Shown here: positions 15,738-25,379 of the stretch, piece after piece
Layout: every line of letters starts with the position of its first letter
How positions within the stretch are numbered: the first letter of the stretch is position 1
DNA from: a virus
DNA length: 42,174 nucleotides
Strand: one strand, 5' to 3'
Virus record (IMG/VR): IMGVR_UViG_3300029532_000009
Coordinates: 1 to 42,174 of that record
Program-made: the position numbers and the translations under genes
The notes under the pieces: model-generated
What the model was told of the DNA's origin: nothing
The model's database searches: none
The model's input: the letters and a program-made list of their open reading frames with translations, nothing else

Positions 15738-15902
15738 TTAAGCCTCCTTGTTCTTATTGCCAGTCTTGTCCTCCAGCAGCTCGATCAGCTCCTTGTACTC
15801 GGCCTCGGTGATGCGGCCAATGGCGTAGAACACGTCCAGCTTGTCCGCAAGGCCAGTGGTCTGGCCGCGCTCGATCAGGCGTTTACAGATACGATACAAC
15901 AT
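15738..15902 (-). CDS. XkdX-like small phage protein
   Basis: ATG 15902 follows AAGGAGG. MLYRICKRLIERGQTTGLADKLDVFYAIGRITEAEYKELIELLE matches the XkdX-family pattern. Confidence 0.6.
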   Translation of the reverse strand: MLYRICKRLIERGQTTGLADKLDVFYAIGRITEAEYKELIELLEDKTGNKNKEA

Positions 15903-15915
15903 AGTTTTTACCTCC

Positions 15916-17001
15916 TTATGTGGTTCTTGTGTCAGTGGTGGTGTCATCGGTCAGTCCCAGCTCCAGCAGGGCGACGCGGTACTCCTGATCTACCGCCAGG
16001 GCGTCCGTGTCCGCCTGCGCGGCCTGCGTCTCGGTCAGCAGCTCGGCCAGGGTGGGGTAGTGGTAGCCGGAGAATACAACCGATACAGTATTCAGCGTAT
16101 TGGTAAGGGTACATTCAAGCCTTTTTTTGTCGGCCGAAAATAATACTGTGACCGTGAGACTTCCCGCGCTAGAAATGTGAGCTTCATATGTCATACCAGG
16201 GGTAAGATTAAAATCAGTTTCGTTTATGCGGAGGTTAACGTAATCTACACCGTCCTGAACGTTAATTGTCTCAGTTTTTCTCCTCCCAATCGTTGTTTTT
16301 CCGCTCCACACCAGCCGCGCCTCCGACTTGACCGCCACACTGGCCGCGATGGTGTCATACAGCGTCTTGCCGCTGAGGGTGCCGTCCGGGGCGATGTCCA
16401 GATAGTCGCCCACCTTCACGCCGCCCAGCTGGTCTGCCGTAGCAGGCGGCAGGCTGTAAGGCGTGCCGAACTTGGCGTCGGCCTCGGACTTGGTGTACCT
16501 CTGAGCCAGGGCGTCGCCGGTCGCCTTTGCATCAGCCGGTGCGCCCGATACGGTCAGGGTCGTGTCAGTGGACACGATAGCCTTTGCGTCGGCGGCACTC
16601 TTTGCAGCTGCTTCCTCGCTGGCCTTTGCGGCAGATGCACTAGACGCGGCAGCAGTTTCACTGGACGCTGCTTCTTCGGCACTGGAAGCAGATTCCTCGG
16701 CTTTTGATGCCGAAATACCTGCCTGCTCTTGCGCTGCGCTTATGGCTTTTGCAGTGGCGTCTTTGACTGTCTGGGCTGCTGCTTCGGCCTGTGCTGTGGC
16801 AGTTGCCGCCGCGTTTGTTGCTGTTTCCGCACTCTGAACAGCTTCTTCCTGCCGCGCGATAACAGCCTCGCCATACTGCTTCACATACTCAAAGCCCTGT
16901 GCAAGGGCTTCCCGTACTTCCACGCCGCGTTCTGCATTGCGGACTTCGGAAATTGCTTCGTCAAATGTCTTATCCAATTTATCACCCCTTTGCGGATGCA
17001 T
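15916..17001 (-). CDS. Tail fibre/host-recognition protein with Ala/Ser/Glu-rich coiled coil
   Basis: 361 aa directly after Tal. Low-complexity AAATATAQAEAAAQ...SASSAEEAASSETAAASS region, then a beta-rich C-terminal domain. The start is ambiguous (ATG 17001 overlaps Tal; an alternative TTG lies near 16978). Confidence 0.65.
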   Translation of the reverse strand: MHPQRGDKLDKTFDEAISEVRNAERGVEVREALAQGFEYVKQYGEAVIARQEEAVQSAETATNAAATATAQAEAAAQTVKDATAKAISAAQEQAGISASKAEESASSAEEAASSETAAASSASAAKASEEAAAKSAADAKAIVSTDTTLTVSGAPADAKATGDALAQRYTKSEADAKFGTPYSLPPATADQLGGVKVGDYLDIAPDGTLSGKTLYDTIAASVAVKSEARLVWSGKTTIGRRKTETINVQDGVDYVNLRINETDFNLTPGMTYEAHISSAGSLTVTVLFSADKKRLECTLTNTLNTVSVVFSGYHYPTLAELLTETQAAQADTDALAVDQEYRVALLELGLTDDTTTDTRTT

Positions 17002-18655
17002 AGCCCTTCAGCGAGCGGCTCAGGTCATAGGCGTCACTGGCTTTTCGTGCGCTCAGGGCCTGCAAGTCGCTGACGCTGGAGAAATCAATGCCCAGCGTGA
17101 ATTCTTTTTTGTCCGGCGCGTCCAAAGGCTCCACAAGCTTAGAGCACAAAAGCCAGGTGTTCACCCCGTGCGGGTTGGAGTAGATGTGTGTCATCTTGCC
17201 AAAGCCAAGGCGGGCGATATCCACACCGGCATCCTTGAGGTCCACAGCCTTTACCGTGATTCCGTCAAGGTAACGCAAGTTTTTGGACAGCTCCGCGTTG
17301 GCGGCATCCAGAAGCGACTGCGTTGTGTTTTCGGTTCCGTCCTGCACAATGACCCGCGCGATGATGCCAAACAGCTTTTGCGCGGTGGCGTCGTTAGCGG
17401 TTGCCGTGATGGTGTTGGTTTTCTCCCACAAAAACCAACCGGATTTCTTTTTTCCGACGGCAATGACGCGGGTGACGATATCCTCTGCTTTGACGTAGCT
17501 GCTCAGGTCGAGCAGGTTTGTGCCGAATGCGATGGGCTGCCCGTTTTTCTCCTGCACTTCCCGGACGTAGTCCAGATACCGGGCCCCGTTTTCGTGCCGG
17601 ACGATCAGATACCCGCCGTATACATCCACAAGCTCATTTTGGATGACATCCCATGTAACGCCAAAATTTCGTCCATCGCCAAAGGTGTACCGTGGCGCAG
17701 AATCGTAACGGACAACGGAAGAATCCGTCAGGGCTGCACCGTTGAACAAGACGGCATAGCCGTCTCCCTGCTTTTCGATTTTCCAATTTTTCGAGACCGT
17801 GTCTTTGAGATCGTATTCCGTCTCAGGCGGAAGGGATTTTGAGTGCGTGGCGCATGTGATATCCGGCGTAACCGTTCTTTGCGTAGCTTCGTGCGTCTGG
17901 CCATCTCCGTCCAAGGGCAGGGCCACATTTACGCTCACGGAAAACAGGCCGTTTCCTGTGCGCCAGATATACCCGTTTATGGAAGAATCTGCATGCTTTT
18001 CATTCAGCGTCCATCTGTACGCAGATGGATCCGGGGCCGTGTCGTCATCCGAGAAGCCAGCTTCATATTGGCTCACAAGTTGAACGCCGGATGAGGTATA
18101 AAGTCCATATTCATACATATAATCGCCGTCACTGTCCGGAGTACCTGCCATGTAGTCTAGTTTCATCACGCAGTTATGCAGTTCTGGAACCACCACGCTG
18201 GTGCTCGGAAAGCCAACATTTCCACAGGTAAACGCCTTGTATGCGTCCACCATGCCGGTATGATTTTCCAGCAGGAACGAAAGAAATTGCTTGATCGTCA
18301 CGTCTTTGGCTGTATATGGCGCAACGGAGCTGTCGTTGAGGTAGGCCAGCTCTCCCTCGCAAAAGACTTTTTGACGCAGCATAAAATCCTGCTCATGGCT
18401 CATGGGCCTGCCCTCCCAGATGCGCACACCGTCTTGCTCTACGGACACGGTCGTGCGCATTTTTTGCAAAGCTGAGTGGGCCACATTGCCAAGCGGCAGG
18501 GTGAATTCCAAGCTGCCGGCCTTGCTCACCTCCCGTGTCAGAGTTGGACTGATGATCTTTTTTGTGTCCGTGTAGTCCGTTGGGTCGTAAATGCAGGTCT
18601 TTGTCTTCCACACGTCAACGCCGGTCTGGACGCCCGCATAAACTTTATAGCTCAT
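16982..18655 (-). CDS. Tal-type tail tip protein (prophage tail endopeptidase-like N-domain)
   Basis: 557 aa after Dit. N-terminus KTCIYDPTDYTDTKKIISPTLTREVSKAGSLEFTLPLGNVAHSALQKMRTTVSVEQDGVRIWEGRPMSHEQDF is typical of siphovirus Tal. Confidence 0.75.
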   Translation of the reverse strand: MSYKVYAGVQTGVDVWKTKTCIYDPTDYTDTKKIISPTLTREVSKAGSLEFTLPLGNVAHSALQKMRTTVSVEQDGVRIWEGRPMSHEQDFMLRQKVFCEGELAYLNDSSVAPYTAKDVTIKQFLSFLLENHTGMVDAYKAFTCGNVGFPSTSVVVPELHNCVMKLDYMAGTPDSDGDYMYEYGLYTSSGVQLVSQYEAGFSDDDTAPDPSAYRWTLNEKHADSSINGYIWRTGNGLFSVSVNVALPLDGDGQTHEATQRTVTPDITCATHSKSLPPETEYDLKDTVSKNWKIEKQGDGYAVLFNGAALTDSSVVRYDSAPRYTFGDGRNFGVTWDVIQNELVDVYGGYLIVRHENGARYLDYVREVQEKNGQPIAFGTNLLDLSSYVKAEDIVTRVIAVGKKKSGWFLWEKTNTITATANDATAQKLFGIIARVIVQDGTENTTQSLLDAANAELSKNLRYLDGITVKAVDLKDAGVDIARLGFGKMTHIYSNPHGVNTWLLCSKLVEPLDAPDKKEFTLGIDFSSVSDLQALSARKASDAYDLSRSLKGYASAKG

Positions 18656-19392
18656 AAGCTGCCCCCCAGATATCGGATGCTAATGCTGCAATCCGCAGAC
18701 GCCGCAAAGATGAGAGTACCTACAACGCCATCCGGCATATGCAAGCCCTCAATGTACTGCCACTCTGTAGACTTTGCAAGGATGCCAACCTCAAGGCCAT
18801 TGAGAGACACCGCAATGTCCGCAGCGTCCTCGCTGCGCTTGAAGTAGATGCCAGCCGCTCTTGGTGCACCGGTAACGGTTACGGTGATGTCCTCGTTGGC
18901 TTTGAGCTGGATATCCGTATAATCGCGGATGATCGCCGTATCAAATACAAGGTCATCCCACAGCCAGTCATCAGAGCCGTCGTATACACTGCGTTTGAAG
19001 GGGTCGCAAGTGCCTGTAATCGTAAACACACAGTATAATGCGTCCTTGCTGACGGACACCTCCCACAGGCCCTCCCAGTAAAAACTGGGGTCATTGTCGA
19101 ATTTACACTGGAGCCATTTCCCGTGGATGGCGTTTGCGATAGTGCTGTAGAGGTTCTCCCACTGCTTTTTCGGTGCAGTGCACTTGAGCTCCATGGTAAT
19201 GGTGCGCTTTTTGTAGTGTGGCCTGCCGTCCAAAGAACTGGTCAGGTTGAGCAGGGTATCAGACCCCGGCACCTGCACAAGGTAGTCATCTACCTCAGCA
19301 GGGCCGATTTTTGGGCTTCCGACCTTGAGATACAGCCCCCAGTCTTTCAGGGTGTGGAAGTTGCCAATTTGTGCGCCCAAAAGTTTGCCCAT
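18652..19392 (-). CDS. Distal tail protein (Dit)
   Basis: 246 aa immediately after the tape measure gene. GNFHTLKDWGLYLKVGSPKIGPAEVDDYLVQVPGSDTLLNLT is a phage-tail-family pattern. Confidence 0.75.
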   Translation of the reverse strand: MGKLLGAQIGNFHTLKDWGLYLKVGSPKIGPAEVDDYLVQVPGSDTLLNLTSSLDGRPHYKKRTITMELKCTAPKKQWENLYSTIANAIHGKWLQCKFDNDPSFYWEGLWEVSVSKDALYCVFTITGTCDPFKRSVYDGSDDWLWDDLVFDTAIIRDYTDIQLKANEDITVTVTGAPRAAGIYFKRSEDAADIAVSLNGLEVGILAKSTEWQYIEGLHMPDGVVGTLIFAASADCSISIRYLGGSL

Positions 19393-21983
19393 TACACACC
19401 CCTCGCTTTCCTCGTCACGGTCACACCGATGCGCGCGTCAACATTTTGTGCCATCCTGGGCGAAATAACACCCACCAGCTCGCCGGAATCCATGACCACC
19501 TGACCGGTGCCAATGGCAGGCAGATGCTCGTCCAGAAGCTCCTCGATGCGCTCCAGAATGCTGGTCTGCTTGTCTGCGTGGCTGCTCTGTCCGATCACTC
19601 GGTACTGCATCGCAGACCTCGTAGAAAACTCGCTCAGGCTGTCGTACACGCCCACATCGTCAAACGGGCTCTTGTAATTATTGACCGGGTCTTTGCTCTT
19701 TTTGTTTTTGGCCCACAGCGCAAGCCCGATGCCGCCAGCTACAGCACCCACAGCGCCAACGCCGAGAATGACGCCAAGGACTGGGTTTGCAGAGATGAAC
19801 GACACCACAGTGCCAAGCGCAGACGTGATGCCGCCAGCCATACCAGAAAAACCCTGCACAACGCTGCCAAGTGCGCCGCCAACGCCGCCAGAGCTCGCAA
19901 GCCCGCTCACGACCTTAGAGAAGGAATCAACTGCCGTCGTGGCGCTGTTTACGCCCGGCACAATGCCGTCTTTAAACAGGCTTTCCACCGCGGTAAATGC
20001 ACTTTTCAGACCACCGCCATAGTAAGATTCGTTCACGGCGGCAAGGGCGTTGTCAAACCACTTGGAAATCACTTCGCGCTGACCCTGCGACACCTCGCCC
20101 CAGATCAGCTTGGTAACATCGAGTGCAAGACTTGACCAGTCCTCGTTTTTGGCGTCACTTATGGTGCTTTTCAGCAGCCCGAAGATGCCCTTGTCGGATT
20201 CTCCGGAAGCGTCGCTGAGGTACTGGTCAATGCGGCTTTGGATTCCCTTGACGCTGTTGTCAATGGCGGTAGCCGTCTCGGTGACCTTATCCTGTATGCC
20301 ATCCACATAGGTTACGACCTTCTCGTAGGTCTCAGCCGCACCATTTACAATACGTTCGCCGGTTTCGGTCACAGTCTTTGTGACGTGCTCGCTGCCGTCG
20401 GCGTACTTTTCTGTAGCTTCCTGGATTTTCGTTGTGATGCCGTCAAAGGTCGTTTCTGCAACCTTGGTCAGGGTACCGGTCAGGGTCTTGGACATGTCAT
20501 CATAGACCTTGGTGGTCTTGGTAACGACGCCGTCCACAACGGTGTTTACCTTTTTGTAGGTGGTAACCACACCGTTGACCATTTCTTTGCCGGTCTCGGT
20601 GGTGGTCGTAGTTACGCGATCTTTGATTTTACCAGCAGAATCTTTGACTTTTTCCTGCAGGGTCTCCACGCTGGTGGTCACTGCACCCAGCGCGTTCATA
20701 GCGCTGGTGGTTACGGTGTTGGACACCGACGCAATGACCGTTTCAGTGGTGGACTTTTTACCTGTGGATTTTTTCTTGGTTGTGCCAGTAGGGCTTGTTA
20801 CGATGGAGCTGCCGGTTTCTCCGCTGGTTTTAGCTGGAACCCAGCCGTCATTTTCGTCCCAGACCATTCCATTATGGTTTTTGTCCCAGTTTTTTCTGCT
20901 TTCTTTTTGGATCTTCTTGCTCTCTTGGTCTGAATTGAATGCTTTTTGATAAACAGCATCCCAGTCACCGTGAAATATGCCGATTTCTCCACTTTTTAAA
21001 GCGTCAAAAACAGCTTTTAATCCAACAGCAGAGGATTTTGCCTTATCAATAACGTTGGAAAGTCCCGTTATTTCTCCGATAAGCCCGCTCCATCCGTCAA
21101 GTTTGTATGCGTCTTGGGCAGCCAAAACCATTTCATTCAGTTTGGTAATAACGCCGCCGAGTGCGCTTGTAAGGTCGCCGGTCATAAGGCCAGCCAGCTG
21201 ACTGACGTTATCCTTTAGGGTGGATACACGCCCATTCATGGTCTGGCTCTGGGTGTCCATGCTATTGTAGTAACGCCCACCCTCTTCGGAAGCTGCCTGT
21301 AAAGCCTGAGTCAGAAGGTCGTAACTGATGGTCATTTTCTGCACTTCTTCGGTGGACTTGCCTGTGTAATCCGCCAGAATGCCATATACGTTGATGCCGG
21401 CATAGGCAAACTGCTTGATGTCAACCGCAGTTGCCTTGCCGGTGTTGGCGATCTGCTGTAGGTTCTGCGCCATGCGGTTCAGCTCGTCGCTTCCGCCGCC
21501 TGTGGCAGCAACAGCATCACCCAATGCCATGATGGTTTTGCGGGCATATCCGGCGTTCTCGCCTGCGGAGATCAGATACTGGTTTGCGGACACGAGAGAA
21601 TCCACGTTGAAGGGCGTTTTTGCCGCATCCTCCTGAATGTTCTCCATGGCCTGCTGCGCCGCTTCCGCGCTGCCCAGCATATTGGTAAGGCCGGTGGTGT
21701 ACTTTTCTATTTGAGCATTATAAGAAATGCCCATCTCCACAAAGTTTTTTGCAAAACTTACCGCCTTTGTTCCGAGAGAGGTAAGCATATTTGCAAGGAT
21801 ATTGGCTTTTGCGCTGGCTGTTGCAAATTGGTTTGCCATACTTGCAACGCCGCCCCCGGCGGTGTTTGCGCTGCGGCTCAAAGAATTTGCTGCGCTTTGC
21901 GTCTCTTTTTTGGCAGTTTCGAGGTTCTGCTCATACTCGGAGGTATCAAGCCCCAAAGTAGCCATCAAATTAAAGATATTCAT
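19392..21983 (-). CDS. Tape measure protein
   Basis: 863 aa, the longest gene. Helical with Gly-rich hydrophobic segments near the C-terminus. Positioned after the G/GT chaperones. Confidence 0.9.
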   Translation of the reverse strand: MNIFNLMATLGLDTSEYEQNLETAKKETQSAANSLSRSANTAGGGVASMANQFATASAKANILANMLTSLGTKAVSFAKNFVEMGISYNAQIEKYTTGLTNMLGSAEAAQQAMENIQEDAAKTPFNVDSLVSANQYLISAGENAGYARKTIMALGDAVAATGGGSDELNRMAQNLQQIANTGKATAVDIKQFAYAGINVYGILADYTGKSTEEVQKMTISYDLLTQALQAASEEGGRYYNSMDTQSQTMNGRVSTLKDNVSQLAGLMTGDLTSALGGVITKLNEMVLAAQDAYKLDGWSGLIGEITGLSNVIDKAKSSAVGLKAVFDALKSGEIGIFHGDWDAVYQKAFNSDQESKKIQKESRKNWDKNHNGMVWDENDGWVPAKTSGETGSSIVTSPTGTTKKKSTGKKSTTETVIASVSNTVTTSAMNALGAVTTSVETLQEKVKDSAGKIKDRVTTTTTETGKEMVNGVVTTYKKVNTVVDGVVTKTTKVYDDMSKTLTGTLTKVAETTFDGITTKIQEATEKYADGSEHVTKTVTETGERIVNGAAETYEKVVTYVDGIQDKVTETATAIDNSVKGIQSRIDQYLSDASGESDKGIFGLLKSTISDAKNEDWSSLALDVTKLIWGEVSQGQREVISKWFDNALAAVNESYYGGGLKSAFTAVESLFKDGIVPGVNSATTAVDSFSKVVSGLASSGGVGGALGSVVQGFSGMAGGITSALGTVVSFISANPVLGVILGVGAVGAVAGGIGLALWAKNKKSKDPVNNYKSPFDDVGVYDSLSEFSTRSAMQYRVIGQSSHADKQTSILERIEELLDEHLPAIGTGQVVMDSGELVGVISPRMAQNVDARIGVTVTRKARGV

Positions 21984-22339
21984 GCATCACCACCTCCGTT
22001 CTGCCCTGCTGCTTTTCTGCTGTCTGCAAGGGTCTTTTCCCAGCACGCCTGCGCTTCTTCCAGCGTAGTCTCGTGCCTGCGCTCAGATAGCGGCTTGTCG
22101 TACTCTGCCATGATCTCGCTGAAGGGCTTCTCCACCGGCTGACCAAGAGATACAGCACAAAGATAGAGCATATCCGCCGTGTACAGCTGGTATGCTCTTG
22201 TGCGCTGCTGTTCCCGCATCTCGCTGATTACGAACCAGACGAAATACTTTAAGCCGTAGGCGCGGAGATGCTGGAGGTCGGCTCGGCAGACGTAGTGCCA
22301 AAACTCAGGCCGTTCAAGTCTGCCAGAGAGGACAAAAAA
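21980..22339 (-). CDS. T-extension of the tail assembly chaperone (reached by -1 frameshift from the G frame)
   Basis: The -1 frame is open from the slippery T TTT TTG (rc of 22333-22339) to the stop at 21980. The track shows only its ATG-initiated tail (21980..22219). Confidence 0.65.
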   Translation of the reverse strand, partial: FFVLSGRLERPEFWHYVCRADLQHLRAYGLKYFVWFVISEMREQQRTRAYQLYTADMLYLCAVSLGQPVEKPFSEIMAEYDKPLSERRHETTLEEAQACWEKTLADSRKAAGQNGGGDA

Positions 22340-22722
22340 TCCTGCACGTCTTTCTGCATCACGGACTTGGTAAGTGCAGTAAACGCCTTGGGCAGGGTGT
22401 CTTTTTCGCCCTCTTCCAGCGTGTACAGCTGGTGCAGGGCGTTCACGGTGCGCTCAGGGTCAAGTTTCATCAGAGGCTTGACAAAGTCCAGCGCAGCAAG
22501 CGCAAACTCTCTGGGGGTCAGCTTTTTCTTGCTGCCTTCACTGTTCTGCGGCTCTGCACCCAGCATCTTCAGGGCGTTTGTAACAATGGTCTCCCGGGCT
22601 GCCTTGGTCTCCGGGTTGTTCACGTTGTCCTTTGCGTCCATAACCATGCGCGTGATGCCGTCCACCGCATCATACAGCTTGGGCAGCGCTTCCACGGGGT
22701 CAAGATTGATGGTAAGGATCAT
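22249..22722 (-). CDS. Tail assembly chaperone (gpG-like)
   Basis: 157 aa, acidic, between the major tail protein and the tape measure gene. Confidence 0.75.
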   Translation of the reverse strand: MILTINLDPVEALPKLYDAVDGITRMVMDAKDNVNNPETKAARETIVTNALKMLGAEPQNSEGSKKKLTPREFALAALDFVKPLMKLDPERTVNALHQLYTLEEGEKDTLPKAFTALTKSVMQKDVQDFLSSLADLNGLSFGTTSAEPTSSISAPTA

Positions 22723-23283
22723 TTATTCTGCCTCCTTGACGTAGAACTCCATAGGCACCTTGCTGGTGTCGGTCATGTCGTAGTGACCCTTCAAGCTCAG
22801 GCTGATGTTGCCCTTTCCGTCCTTGGTGGTTTTCAGCTCGATGCCGCCATCGCTCACAGCCTTCATCAGCTTAACCGCGGCATAACCGCCGCCGATCAGG
22901 TTGCCATGCCACCAGATGTCCTGGAAGTCCTCGTCCTTGTAGTCTTCGCGCACGGTGATCTTGTTGGTTTCAACGTCCGCAGCGCCCAGCTCCAGCTTGA
23001 TGGTGTCGGCGCTCACGGTCATGCAGGTGGTGGACATACCGCAATCCCAGCTGGTGATGTGCTTGAGCTGGTAGGTGTTCTCGGGCACTTCGTCCAGATC
23101 CTCGCCCAGATCAATGGTGTTGGGCTTGCAGGAAATGGTGATGCCGCCGGAGGTCAGGCAGATAAGATCTTCTGCAGCAATGGGGGTTGTACCCGCCGGG
23201 TCAAACTTTTTGAGCAGCGCACCCGCCTGAAACTGAAGTTTTTTGAAAGCATCTGCCGAAATGGCGTGATACATTTTGTTCAT
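22723..23283 (-). CDS. Major tail protein
   Basis: 186 aa, beta-rich, AAAGGA RBS, in the canonical position upstream of the chaperones. Confidence 0.75.
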   Translation of the reverse strand: MNKMYHAISADAFKKLQFQAGALLKKFDPAGTTPIAAEDLICLTSGGITISCKPNTIDLGEDLDEVPENTYQLKHITSWDCGMSTTCMTVSADTIKLELGAADVETNKITVREDYKDEDFQDIWWHGNLIGGGYAAVKLMKAVSDGGIELKTTKDGKGNISLSLKGHYDMTDTSKVPMEFYVKEAE

Positions 23284-23296
23284 GCGTTATCCTTTC

Positions 23297-23674
23297 TCAC
23301 ACCACAAAGGATGTGACGTCAAAAGTAAGGTATGTGCACAGGTATTTTTCCGGTGGGTTGTCCATAGACTGCGCCCACGGGTTGCCTGCGCATAAAAGGA
23401 TCGCGCCGCCCTCGCACTCGATGGTAAGCCCATCGCCAAGGGCAGCGCGGATCTCATCTGTTTTGCGGATGATGGACAGCTTTCCGCCGTCCACCGGATA
23501 CCAAAGCCGCGCGTGGAAGGTGCTGCTCTCGTCAAATCCTTTGGGAATGACCGGCAGCACTGTGATATAGGGCAAGGAAGCGCCCTGCGGCACAAAATCC
23601 TCCGGGTACACAGGAATATCAAACAGCAAAAAAAAGCTGTTCAGCGCCGTTGTAATGGCTTCTGCTGTGCCCAT
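23297..23674 (-). CDS. Tail completion / head-tail joining protein (putative)
   Basis: ATG 23674 overlaps the upstream stop (TGATG). 125 aa. Call is by position only. Confidence 0.45.
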   Translation of the reverse strand: MGTAEAITTALNSFFLLFDIPVYPEDFVPQGASLPYITVLPVIPKGFDESSTFHARLWYPVDGGKLSIIRKTDEIRAALGDGLTIECEGGAILLCAGNPWAQSMDNPPEKYLCTYLTFDVTSFVV

Positions 23675-24045
23675 CAGGTCAACACCACCTTTTTGCACTG
23701 GACAACTGCAAGGTTCATCCCGCTTTCCGCCGGAGACAGCTTGTCTGCGCTGGCAGATGTGACCTCGAATACCTGCGCGTCCTCCAACCGCTTGATGCGG
23801 TCGAAGGGGGCGAGTTGAACGCCCTTGTCAACGTAGATCGAATAGGTGGAAGCGGTGCCCTGCTGCTCGGCCTGCTGTGCCTCAATGGTGGTGTCGTGGC
23901 GTTCTACGCCCTCGAATTCCAGCCCCGGCACCCATGTGGTGGTGGAGCCGAACAGCCCATCAGAAACGAGCTTTTTTTCCAGAAAGCAGAATTTCCGGCT
24001 GAAACCGTCCATGACGGTGTTCCGGACAAAGTCGTTGACTGCCAT
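23674..24045 (-). CDS. Head closure / head-tail adaptor (SPP1 gp16-like, putative)
   Basis: ATG 24045 follows GGAGG and overlaps the upstream stop (TAATG). 123 aa. Size and position are typical. Confidence 0.5.
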   Translation of the reverse strand: MAVNDFVRNTVMDGFSRKFCFLEKKLVSDGLFGSTTTWVPGLEFEGVERHDTTIEAQQAEQQGTASTYSIYVDKGVQLAPFDRIKRLEDAQVFEVTSASADKLSPAESGMNLAVVQCKKVVLT

Positions 24046-24455
24046 TACAGTTTCCTCCATTGGTTGATCTCCTTGCGGTACCGGGTCAGACCATCCGCAG
24101 GGAGTCCGTCGGATCCGGTCGCCATGGACCCGGACCACCCATTGAACGACTGCGACACATACACGCCACCGGCCGGGAGCGCCTTGTCGTATGCGTCGAT
24201 TTTTTCAGCCAGCGCCACAAAATCAGGCGGCACGCGCATAGGCTGTACCGTCCCGGTGAAGGTCTCGGCGGTCAGATCGCCGTCTCCGGCCATGTGCACG
24301 CCGTCATTGAAGATGGATCCGCACACGAGGAAATACTGCCCCGGCACTACCCCGGCGGGCACGGTGTCCGGCTCAAAGGCAAACTCGCCTGCAATGGGGT
24401 CGTCTGCCCGGTCAAAGAAATTGTGCGTGTAGGCGCACAGCTCAGGGACGGTCAT
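24045..24455 (-). CDS. Head-tail connector protein (putative)
   Basis: 136 aa directly after the major capsid gene, with GGGGGTG RBS. Confidence 0.5.
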   Translation of the reverse strand: MTVPELCAYTHNFFDRADDPIAGEFAFEPDTVPAGVVPGQYFLVCGSIFNDGVHMAGDGDLTAETFTGTVQPMRVPPDFVALAEKIDAYDKALPAGGVYVSQSFNGWSGSMATGSDGLPADGLTRYRKEINQWRKL

Positions 24456-24476
24456 GCAAAGTCACCCCCTTGCAGG

Positions 24477-25376
24477 TTAGACCGATTCACCCGGGGTAAT
24501 GGTCTCGACAGCGATACCGTCCAGATACTCAGCAAACAGGGTCACACCCATAATGGCGTAGCTCTCGGAGGTTGCGGTGCTGTAGTTTGCCTGAGTGTGG
24601 AAGCCGATGAGGTTGCTTGCCTCGCCTGCGGTCCGGTAGACCAGACCTGCGCGGGCAAACTCGCTATCCGCAGGATCCACATAGTACATGACGATGTTGT
24701 CTACCGGGGTGGCAATAACCTTTCCCTTCGCAATCTCACTGTCGGACAGCAGGAAGATGGTGTTGTAGCCCATGAAGTCCTTGATGTACTGGAAGCCGAA
24801 CTGGTTCTGCACGGTGATATTGGCATTGCCCAGATAGTCGTACACGTCCATCACGTTGACAAAGCCAACAACGCCGGTCACGGTGCGATGCATGGTCTTG
24901 AACTTGTTCTCGACCGCGCCCTTGGCATGTGCCAGCGCCATCTGGAAGGTCTTGGGAGTGCCCTTCAGGGTGCCGGTGTTCAGGAACTTGTAGAACTTAT
25001 CCGTTACCAGAGCGGTCAGGTCGTACAGGAACTCATCATCGGTCTTTTGCACGGCGAAATCGTAGCCGTAATTCTGGATCGCCTCAAGGGTGACAGACTT
25101 GCCGTACTTGTCGATGGTGATCTTGCCGTACTCCTTCTCCTTGACGGTGTACTTGCTGAGCGGAATCTCTTCGCCCTCGCCCACGGTGCCGCTCTGCAGG
25201 GTGCCCTGTGCATACTTGCTCTTGAGCACGGTGCCAGGCTGCATCCGGATAGGGCGCATGATGCCCAGAATGGTGCGCAGATGGTCCCAGTTGCGCTGGA
25301 AACGGGTCACAAAGTCGATTTCACGCGCGGCTACGGTGATATCGGTGGTCATGGTGATATTTTCTTTTGCTGCCAT
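24477..25376 (-). CDS. Major capsid protein (HK97 fold, no protease-processed delta domain; paired with a scaffold)
   Basis: 299 aa following the scaffold gene. High expression signals (AAAGGA RBS). Composition is typical of SPP1-like capsid proteins. Confidence 0.8.
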   Translation of the reverse strand: MAAKENITMTTDITVAAREIDFVTRFQRNWDHLRTILGIMRPIRMQPGTVLKSKYAQGTLQSGTVGEGEEIPLSKYTVKEKEYGKITIDKYGKSVTLEAIQNYGYDFAVQKTDDEFLYDLTALVTDKFYKFLNTGTLKGTPKTFQMALAHAKGAVENKFKTMHRTVTGVVGFVNVMDVYDYLGNANITVQNQFGFQYIKDFMGYNTIFLLSDSEIAKGKVIATPVDNIVMYYVDPADSEFARAGLVYRTAGEASNLIGFHTQANYSTATSESYAIMGVTLFAEYLDGIAVETITPGESV

Positions 25377-25379
25377 GTA

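Noticed and set aside
12435-17001. Diversity-generating retroelement acting on the fibre genes
   Set aside because: No reverse transcriptase gene anywhere in the genome, and I saw no template/variable repeat pair.
15066-17842. Plus-strand ORFs of 346 aa and 301 aa opposite the endolysin, fibre and Tal genes
   Set aside because: Shadow ORFs. The minus-strand products are recognisable (GH25, XkdX-like, Tal).
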